From: Candidatus Paceibacter sp.
Lineage (GTDB): Bacteria > Patescibacteriota > Patescibacteriia > S139-126
DNA: 64,000 nt
Assembly: GCA_020724865.1 (NCBI GenBank)
Contig: DYGA01000001.1
Location: forward strand, 196,624 to 260,623
Reading direction: 5' to 3'
The position numbers and the translations under genes are program-made. Below are positions 57,513 to 64,000 of the stretch, piece after piece (the first letter of the stretch is position 1; the number at the start of each line of letters is the position of its first letter). The notes beneath the pieces are model-generated. The model ran no database searches. It was given only the letters and a program-made list of their open reading frames with translations, and was not told where the DNA came from.

Positions 57513-59360
57513 CTAATTTTCCGTCTTAAAACGTCTTTTGGTTTTGATGTACCAATTAGTCGAATCATTAAGACGGTCGCTAGGTATATTTATTCTCGTT
57601 GTTTTAAAGCCAAGTACTTTTTTATTCAACAAATATGAATAAGTTGGTTGAAATAAAAATATTGCTGGTTTGTATTCTAAAATAATATTTTCAAATTGAC
57701 TAAACAGTTCAGATTTTTTGTTTAAATCATTAGTCTCTCTGGCTTGTTCTAATAAAGCATCGGCTCTTTTATTATTAAAGCTGGTCAAATTAAATCCAGA
57801 ATCCTTTTGTTGCGAGGAATGCCAAAATGGATAAAAATCTGGGTCAGCTCCTAGTATTTCTCCGAACAATAATAGTTCATAATTTCGTGTTCTTATGGTC
57901 TCTCTTTGAATACTACTGGCAGGGACAATGTTTAGATTTGTTTTAATACCCACTTCTTGCCAAAAATCTCTTATCATATTGGCCATCTTTATATTGTCTG
58001 GATAGTCAACTGTAGTTAATGTTAATTCTAGTATTTTATTGTCTTTATAAAGGAACTGATCTTCATCTTTCTTTTGCCAATTTAGCTCGGTTAATATCTT
58101 AATTGCTTCTTCGGGATTATACGGATTGGTATTTAAATTTTGATTATAGCCTGGTAATCCTGGAAGTAGTGGACTGGCTAGAGCTAAAGCTTCACCGGCA
58201 AAAACATCATTTATTAATTTATTTTTATCAATAGTAAGTTCCAGTACATTTCTAATTTTTTGTTCTTTAAGAATGTCGTTTTTGTTTTCATTGATAAAGA
58301 TTCCAGTATATTGGGGCAATTGCAAGTTATAGATTTGCAATTGACGGTTGTTTTTTTCTAAGGATTGTTTTTTTTCTTTGGGTATAAAACTTATACCATC
58401 TACATTTTGTTCCAGAAGAGCTTGCCAAGCCAGATCGTAATTGGCATAAAATTTGAAATTTAAATTTTTTATGTAAGGTTTTTGTCCATAAAAATTTTCA
58501 AAAGGCTTTAAAGAATAGGATATTAAGTTGCCGTCTTTATTTTTTTTCAGACCGTCAAATTGCCAGGGCCCAGAACCAATTGGTTTTAAATTAAGTTCAG
58601 CCAGTTTGTAGCTTTGGGAAGATATGTTTTCCCAAGCATGAGCCGGTAAAATACCAACAGTTAAACTATGTAGAAAAGGTGCAAACGGTTTTTCTAAAAC
58701 AAATTGTATTTTACGATCATCTAGTTGATTTACTTTCACTCCTCGAAAAGATGGTTCTAAGGGGGAGTTATTTCTAATATCTTGAATCATGTTAATGGTG
58801 AAAGCTATGTCTTTTGTAGTCAACTCTTTATTATCATGCCAGCGAATATTTGGTTTGATTGTAAAGGTATAAGTTTTTCCGTCAGGAGAAATTTCGTAGC
58901 TTTCGGCTATATCATTTTCTAATTCAAGATTGTTGTTGTATTTAAGTAAACCAGAGTAAATTAATTTTATCAGGTCAGTGTCAACATCATTGGTTGATCC
59001 AAAAATTGGATTAATATATTGTGGCGTGCCAATTAAAGCTTCGGTGTAGCTTCCACCAGCTTTAGGGATTAAAATTGTGTGACGCCAGGTAAAACTAAAA
59101 ATAAATGATAGTAAAGAGATTGATCCAATTAAAATAAAAGATACTACTAACCTTTTTTCTTTTTTATTTAAAAAGCGAGGTAAGTATTTTAATTGTTTTA
59201 AATGGGGCAGTCGCTTAGGTGATAATTGAAGAATTAATTTTTCATCATATTCTTCTACTAAACGGACACCATTTTTTTTCTCAGCTTTAAACCAATAGGT
59301 GATTTTTTTGAACCAATATTGAATAAAGCTGGTAGTTTTATTTAACCACGATAAATTCAC
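57513..59360 (-). CDS. ABC-transporter-type solute-binding protein, family 5 (oligopeptide/nickel type), membrane-anchored. It is an orphan, with no transporter genes adjacent.
   Basis: There is an N-terminal TM anchor. At 615 aa, its size and its aromatic- and Pro-rich pattern are typical of family 5 substrate-binding proteins. Confidence 0.55.
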   Translation of the reverse strand: MNLSWLNKTTSFIQYWFKKITYWFKAEKKNGVRLVEEYDEKLILQLSPKRLPHLKQLKYLPRFLNKKEKRLVVSFILIGSISLLSFIFSFTWRHTILIPKAGGSYTEALIGTPQYINPIFGSTNDVDTDLIKLIYSGLLKYNNNLELENDIAESYEISPDGKTYTFTIKPNIRWHDNKELTTKDIAFTINMIQDIRNNSPLEPSFRGVKVNQLDDRKIQFVLEKPFAPFLHSLTVGILPAHAWENISSQSYKLAELNLKPIGSGPWQFDGLKKNKDGNLISYSLKPFENFYGQKPYIKNLNFKFYANYDLAWQALLEQNVDGISFIPKEKKQSLEKNNRQLQIYNLQLPQYTGIFINENKNDILKEQKIRNVLELTIDKNKLINDVFAGEALALASPLLPGLPGYNQNLNTNPYNPEEAIKILTELNWQKKDEDQFLYKDNKILELTLTTVDYPDNIKMANMIRDFWQEVGIKTNLNIVPASSIQRETIRTRNYELLLFGEILGADPDFYPFWHSSQQKDSGFNLTSFNNKRADALLEQARETNDLNKKSELFSQFENIILEYKPAIFLFQPTYSYLLNKKVLGFKTTRINIPSDRLNDSTNWYIKTKRRFKTEN

Positions 59361-59404
59361 AACTGATATAGTTTAATAAGTAGAGAAAATTATATTTTTT
59401 GAAG

Positions 59405-59629
59405 TTATTCACTAAGAAAAACAGCAATATAAAAACTTAAAGCAAAAAAAATAACCCCCAGAATAATAGTGATATAATATAATGTTTTTTCAGCGCCTCG
59501 CTTAGCTCGAAAGACTTGATTGCCACCGCCAAAAACGGCGCCTGTGCCACTACCTCTATTTTGTAGGGTAACAGCAAATATTAAAAGAAAAGCAACTACC
59601 ATCTGAATTATGAGTAAAGGTTTGTTCAT
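59405..59629 (-). CDS. secG: Preprotein translocase subunit SecG. The probable start is the internal Met MNKPLLII; the ORF-track start at 59689 adds 20 aa.
   Basis: It has two TM helices. The sequence LLIIQMVVAFLLIFAVTLQNRGSGTGAVFGGG matches the SecG signature. Confidence 0.65.
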   Translation of the reverse strand: MNKPLLIIQMVVAFLLIFAVTLQNRGSGTGAVFGGGNQVFRAKRGAEKTLYYITIILGVIFFALSFYIAVFLSE

Positions 59630-59715
59630 TGATTTGACTGAATATGACAATAAAAAAGAAGGTTTATTAACCTGAACAAAGTATAACAAATAATATTTGC
59701 TTTGTCAAGATTAAT

Positions 59716-61245
59716 TTATTTAAAAATTTGACGACTATGTCGTAAACGATAATAGCTTATCGCAAAGCGGTGAGCTTCATCTCTGATTCTTTGTAATAAT
59801 TTTAATTCCGGACTATCAGTTTTTAAATGCAAGGAGAGTTTTTTATCAGGAAAAAAAATTTCTTCATTTTTTTTAGCCAAAGCAATCATAGGTAAATTTA
59901 TTTTTAAATTCCGCATTGTTTTTTTGACACTAGAGAGTTGTCCTTTGCCGCCATCAATAATTATTAAATCAGGGTAAGACCAATTTTTATTTCCAGAAAA
60001 TCGCCGGGCAATTACCTCAGCTAGCATGGCAAAGTCATTAATGCCTTTGGTATATTTAATTTTAAATTTTCGGTATTGTGATTTATCTGGTTCGCCATTA
60101 GTAAAAACTACCATAGCACCAACGGCAAAGTTTCCTTGAATATTAGATATATCGTAACACTCAATTCTATTTGGTACTTTAGGAAGCGACAATTTATTAG
60201 TTAAATTTAAAATTGTTTGTAATTCATTTTTTTCAGTTTTATAAAATGAAGGTATTTTTTTTGCTAAGTATTCCTGAGCATTGAAATTGCCGAGTTCAAG
60301 TATTTTTTTTAATCGTCCGCTTTTTTTAAAACTAATTTTTATTTTTTTCTGTTTTATGGTCAGTTTGTTTTTGTTAAGTGGTATATCGCATATTATTTCA
60401 TTGGGCAGATCATTGGTTTGGGGATAATAATTTTGTATAAATTCCATGAGAATATGTTTTTTGTCGCTTATTTTTGAACCAATGATAAAGTTTAGTTTAT
60501 CAATAATTTTACCTTGTCTAATACGAAATAAATTAATAGCATGTTGCTGTCGCCAAGAAAATAGATTGATAACATCTTGATTGGTTAGTTTGGTACTGAC
60601 GATTTTTTGTTTTTGTGTAATTTTTTCGATAGCTAAAAGGCGATTACGATAAATTGCCGCTAGTTCATAGTTTTTTTTGTTAGCAGCCATCATCATTTTT
60701 TTCTTTAATTCCTGGATAACTATTTTAGTATTCCCTTGAAAAAATTTTTTTATTTGTTTGATAGTTGATAGATATTCTTTATCAGTGAAATTTTTTTTAA
60801 AAGCAGTTGGCCCTTTTTGCCAAAATAGAGCTAAAATTTTTCTGACCGCACTAGCTGATAGAAATGGTCCAAAATATGTTGCCCGATCTTTTTTTATTTG
60901 TCTTTCGATAGTTACATTGGGCGGATTGGTGTTTGATATTTTTACATAACAAAAATTTTTATCATCTTTGAGGTCAATATTGTATTTTGGTTGATGTTTT
61001 TTTATTAAATTTTTCTCTAACAGCATAGCTTCTATTTCATTGCTGACGATAATAGTTTCAATACTATCTATTTCTTGAAGCATAATTTTTTTGGCTGGAG
61101 AAAGCTCTGCATTTTTTGTAAAATAACTTTTAATTCTCAGGCGAAGATTTTTTGCTTTGCCAATATAGATTATCTGTTGTTGATTATTTTTAAACAGATA
61201 ACATCCTGGCTGATTGGGTAAATTGGTTAAATAATCTTTTTTCAT
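59716..61245 (-). CDS. uvrC: Excinuclease ABC subunit C, a short form lacking the C-terminal HhH region.
   Basis: The N-terminal GIY-YIG domain (LPNQPGCYLFKNNQQQIIYIGKAKNLRLRIKSYF) and the endonuclease V-like domain near the C-terminus (IIDGGKGQLS ... RIRDEAHRFAISYYR) are present. It is 509 aa. Confidence 0.8.
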   Translation of the reverse strand: MKKDYLTNLPNQPGCYLFKNNQQQIIYIGKAKNLRLRIKSYFTKNAELSPAKKIMLQEIDSIETIIVSNEIEAMLLEKNLIKKHQPKYNIDLKDDKNFCYVKISNTNPPNVTIERQIKKDRATYFGPFLSASAVRKILALFWQKGPTAFKKNFTDKEYLSTIKQIKKFFQGNTKIVIQELKKKMMMAANKKNYELAAIYRNRLLAIEKITQKQKIVSTKLTNQDVINLFSWRQQHAINLFRIRQGKIIDKLNFIIGSKISDKKHILMEFIQNYYPQTNDLPNEIICDIPLNKNKLTIKQKKIKISFKKSGRLKKILELGNFNAQEYLAKKIPSFYKTEKNELQTILNLTNKLSLPKVPNRIECYDISNIQGNFAVGAMVVFTNGEPDKSQYRKFKIKYTKGINDFAMLAEVIARRFSGNKNWSYPDLIIIDGGKGQLSSVKKTMRNLKINLPMIALAKKNEEIFFPDKKLSLHLKTDSPELKLLQRIRDEAHRFAISYYRLRHSRQIFK

Positions 61246-61341
61246 AATATAGTAAAACTTGACTAAATATAGGATATAGTATATTTTATACTATTATTAC
61301 TTTAACATAAACACAAATAATTTATTAAAAGGAGAGGAATT

Positions 61342-61557
61342 ATGATTAAAATAGTTTGTCCTTGGTGTCATTCGTCTAATGTAGAAAAAAAATTTTCTAA
61401 TGAAAATGAAATTGTTAAATATCAAGAATATGTTTGCCAAGATTGTAAAAAATCAAGTTGGCAACAAGCAGATTATGATATTAATCAATTATTATTTCTA
61501 GAAAAAAGAGAATTTTTCATGTTAGACCCAGATTCTTTTCCCTTTCTCGGTAGATAA
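61342..61557 (+). CDS. Small zinc-ribbon protein (CxxC ... CxxC), 71 aa.
   Basis: It reads MIKIVCPWCHSS ... YVCQDCKKS. A GGAG ribosome-binding site precedes it and a terminator follows. Confidence 0.5.
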   Translation: MIKIVCPWCHSSNVEKKFSNENEIVKYQEYVCQDCKKSSWQQADYDINQLLFLEKREFFMLDPDSFPFLGR

Positions 61558-61564
61558 TATTTTT

Positions 61565-61600
61565 GGGTTAAGCTCTAAGCTTGACCCTTTTTTATTTTTG
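61565..61600 (+). terminator. Rho-independent terminator after the zinc-ribbon gene.
   Basis: A 10-bp stem GGGTTAAGCT/AGCTTGACCC with one G-U pair is followed by TTTTTTTATTTTT. Confidence 0.65.
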
Positions 61601-61645
61601 ATATATACTAACTGCTGATTTTTTTACTTACTTTTATACCCCGTT

Positions 61646-64000
61646 ATGCCAACAAAAAATAATATAACCAAAGATAATCATAAAATAGTCATCCGTGGCG
61701 CTCGAGTGCATAATTTAAAAAATATAGATATTGATATACCCAGAGATAAATTGGTGGTTATAACCGGTTTATCTGGCAGCGGCAAATCATCTTTGGCCTT
61801 TGATACTATTTATGCTGAAGGACAAAGGCGTTATGTTGAAAGTTTGTCATCTTACGCCAGACAATTTTTAGGATTGATGGATAAACCAGATGTTGATGTT
61901 ATTGAAGGGCTATCGCCGGCTATTTCCATTGATCAGCGTTCAGTATCTCATAACCCCCGTTCGACCGTTGGAACTGTTACTGAGATTTATGATTATCTCA
62001 GATTGCTTTATGCTCGAATCGGAAAACCACATTGTCCAAACTGCGGACAATTGGTAGTTAAACAAACCAAGCAACAAATTTTTCAAAAAATAGTTACTTT
62101 ACCTGAAGGTACTCAACTTGTATTGTTGGCTCCGGTGGTAAGAGATAAAAAGGGTGAACACAAAGGAGTTTTGGAAAAAATACAAAAAGCTGGTTATGTT
62201 AGAGTTAGAATAGATAATGAGATTATGCCGATTGAGGAAGCTATGGATAAAAATATTGACAAGCAAAAAAGTCACAATATAGAAGTAATTATTGATCGTA
62301 TTTCAGTTAGCAACGATGTTGATGATAAACAGAGATTGTTAGAAAGCGTTGAGACCGCCCTTGATTTAGGCGACGGTTTTATTATGGTATCGCTTGAAGG
62401 TGGTAATGAGAACTTTATTTATAGCGAACATTTTGTCTGTCCCAAATGTAACACTAGTTTACTTCCTATTGAACCTAGAAATTTTTCCTTTAATTCTCCG
62501 CACGGCGCTTGTTTAGAGTGTAGTGGTTTGGGAACTAAATTGGAAATAGATCAGGAATTAGTAATACCCAATAAAAAATTGACCATAGCTCAAGGAGCAA
62601 TAAGGCCTTGGGCTAGAACCAGGGCAAATCAAAGTTGGTATGTTAGAATTTTGGAACAGGTAGGTAAAAAGCACGGATTTTCTGTTCATGAACCTTTGGA
62701 AAATTTCAACAAAAAACAGCTTAATATTTTACTTTTTGGCACTGGTGATAAAAAGTATACCATGGATATTGAGAGTATAAGTTTTTCTGGAGAATACGCG
62801 ACAAACTTTGAAGGGGTTATTCCTAATTTAGAAAGGCGTTATAAGGATACTGAATCAGATTATGTTCGGGGGGAGATTGAAAGATATATGCGAGTGCTTA
62901 AATGTCCTAAGTGTCAGGGGAAAAGATTAAATCCCCAATCTTTAGCTGTGAAGGTAGCAGAAAAAAATATCAATGAAGTAACAACTTTAACAGTCAGCGA
63001 AGCCATTCCTTTTTTTAAACAATTGGCCAGCCCCAATCACAATGAAAATTTAACCGAAAGGGAACAGAAAATTTCTAAACAAATATTAAAAGAGATAATC
63101 TCTCGTTTACAATTTTTACAAAACGTTGGTTTAGAATATTTAACTTTGGATCGGCCGGCCGCTACCTTATCCGGAGGAGAAGCTCAAAGAATTAGATTGG
63201 CCACACAAATTGGTTCGGCGTTAGTCGGTGTACTTTATATTTTAGATGAACCATCAATTGGATTACACCAAAAAGATAATCATAAATTGATAAAAACTTT
63301 ACAACAGCTAAGAGATTTGGGTAATACCGTTATTGTTGTCGAACATGACGAAGATACAATTTTAAGTGCTGATTATGTAATTGATATTGGTCCGGGCGCG
63401 GGTGAGCATGGCGGAGAAATTGTTGCTTGCGGGACACCTGAACAAATTAAAAAAAATAAAAATTCTTTAACCGGTAAATTTATTTCTGGGAAAGAAAAGA
63501 TTAATATTCCCGTAAAATATCGTGAAAGTAATGGTAAAAGTATAAAAATAATTGGTGCCACTGAACACAATTTAAAAAATATTGATGTAACCATACCTTT
63601 AGGTAAATTGGTGGCTATTACCGGTGTTTCAGGTAGTGGCAAATCAACTTTGATGACTGATATTTTAGCTAAAGCTTTAGCGCAGCATTTTTATCGAGCC
63701 AAGGATTTACCAGGCGCTCATAAAGCAATTAAAGGTTTAGAAAATTTAGATAAAGTTATCAATATTGATCAATCGCCAATTGGTCGCACTCCTAGATCAA
63801 ATCCAGCAACTTACACAGGTCTATTTACCCCGATTAGAGAACTTTATGCTGAGTTACCAGAATCTAAAATGCGCGGTTATAGTCCAGGAAGATTTTCTTT
63901 CAATGTTAAAGGTGGTCGTTGTGAAGCTTGCCAGGGGGATGGGTTGGTAAGGATAGAAATGAATTTTTTACCTGATGTTTATGTTGAATGTGAAGAGTGT
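61646..64000 (+). CDS. uvrA: Excinuclease ABC subunit A; the 5' ~785 codons are present and the gene continues past the window end.
   Basis: The N-terminus reads [55 protein letters not shown]. Zinc fingers (CPNCG, CPKCN ... CLEC, CPKCQG) and a second Walker A ([13 protein letters not shown]) are present. The frame stays open to position 64000. Confidence 0.9.
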   Translation, partial: MPTKNNITKDNHKIVIRGARVHNLKNIDIDIPRDKLVVITGLSGSGKSSLAFDTIYAEGQRRYVESLSSYARQFLGLMDKPDVDVIEGLSPAISIDQRSVSHNPRSTVGTVTEIYDYLRLLYARIGKPHCPNCGQLVVKQTKQQIFQKIVTLPEGTQLVLLAPVVRDKKGEHKGVLEKIQKAGYVRVRIDNEIMPIEEAMDKNIDKQKSHNIEVIIDRISVSNDVDDKQRLLESVETALDLGDGFIMVSLEGGNENFIYSEHFVCPKCNTSLLPIEPRNFSFNSPHGACLECSGLGTKLEIDQELVIPNKKLTIAQGAIRPWARTRANQSWYVRILEQVGKKHGFSVHEPLENFNKKQLNILLFGTGDKKYTMDIESISFSGEYATNFEGVIPNLERRYKDTESDYVRGEIERYMRVLKCPKCQGKRLNPQSLAVKVAEKNINEVTTLTVSEAIPFFKQLASPNHNENLTEREQKISKQILKEIISRLQFLQNVGLEYLTLDRPAATLSGGEAQRIRLATQIGSALVGVLYILDEPSIGLHQKDNHKLIKTLQQLRDLGNTVIVVEHDEDTILSADYVIDIGPGAGEHGGEIVACGTPEQIKKNKNSLTGKFISGKEKINIPVKYRESNGKSIKIIGATEHNLKNIDVTIPLGKLVAITGVSGSGKSTLMTDILAKALAQHFYRAKDLPGAHKAIKGLENLDKVINIDQSPIGRTPRSNPATYTGLFTPIRELYAELPESKMRGYSPGRFSFNVKGGRCEACQGDGLVRIEMNFLPDVYVECEEC

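Noticed and set aside
63373-63950. ORFs 63373..63642 (-) and 63765..63950 (+) from the six-frame track.
   Set aside because: Both lie entirely inside the uvrA reading frame, which has strong, continuous family motifs. They are out-of-frame or antisense artefacts.
1-64000. The possibility of an alternative genetic code (UGA or UAG reassignment, as in some CPR lineages such as Gracilibacteria/SR1).
   Set aside because: Very long ORFs (rpoC 1304 aa, rpoB 1127 aa, polA 913 aa, gyrA 826 aa) are uninterrupted under the standard code. Genes terminate with TAA, TGA and TAG, all followed by plausible terminators or next genes. The in-frame TAG at 8922 is therefore read as a lesion, not as recoding.

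Overview
This AT-rich window (roughly one-third GC by eye) is densely coded on both strands and reads as a small, streamlined bacterial chromosome segment, most consistent with a Candidate Phyla Radiation / Patescibacteria-type genome. Supporting signs are standalone housekeeping genes rather than canonical operons: gyrA without gyrB, ruvA without ruvB, uvrA/uvrB/uvrC dispersed, and rpoB-rpoC not preceded by rplJL. There are also many small lipoproteins, an orphan substrate-binding protein, a pyruvoyl-dependent arginine decarboxylase (PdaD) and several fused genes. The standard genetic code applies: long ORFs such as rpoB and rpoC are uninterrupted, and TAA, TAG and TGA are all used as stops. 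Confident housekeeping calls are galU, msrB-msrA fusion, an ECF sigma with anti-sigma partner, pdaD, rpsA, gyrA, polA, lhgO, holA, rpsT, truB (fused), folD, uvrB, ruvA, a FemAB-like protein, a MurE-like ligase, rpoB, rpoC, trpS, RNase J, secG, uvrC and the 5' portion of uvrA. Nine tRNAs are present: Ser-CGA, Cys-GCA, Gly-TCC, Pro-TGG, Phe-GAA, Ile-GAT, Arg-CCG and Leu-CAG, the Ile/Phe/Pro/Gly set forming one cluster. The most unusual locus is at 3.0-7.3 kb, a tandem array of six paralogous VirB2/TrbC-like pilin genes sharing a WMTA(A/G)GN motif. Two of them carry Ser/Thr-rich linkers plus cysteine-rich, sequon-rich C-terminal knobs, and the array is translationally coupled to an orphan lipoprotein substrate-binding protein. 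No other type IV secretion genes are in the window, but glycan-handling genes are (galU, a Wzx-like flippase, an O-antigen-ligase/Wzy_C-family protein, a sugar-phosphate nucleotidyltransferase). Other notable items are a two-lesion pseudogene (homopolymer frameshift plus in-frame TAG with a zinc-ribbon continuation), a decayed defence-like islet (DUF2726 nuclease-like, NERD protein, N-terminal relic of a Type III/IIG adenine methyltransferase), and a ~75-bp AT-rich element repeated upstream of two unrelated hypothetical genes. Also noted: an alkyltransferase-like (ATL) protein with W in place of the catalytic Cys, a cytidylyltransferase-like::TruB fusion, a degenerate MBL-fold pseudo-enzyme, and a GC-richer ECF sigma operon.
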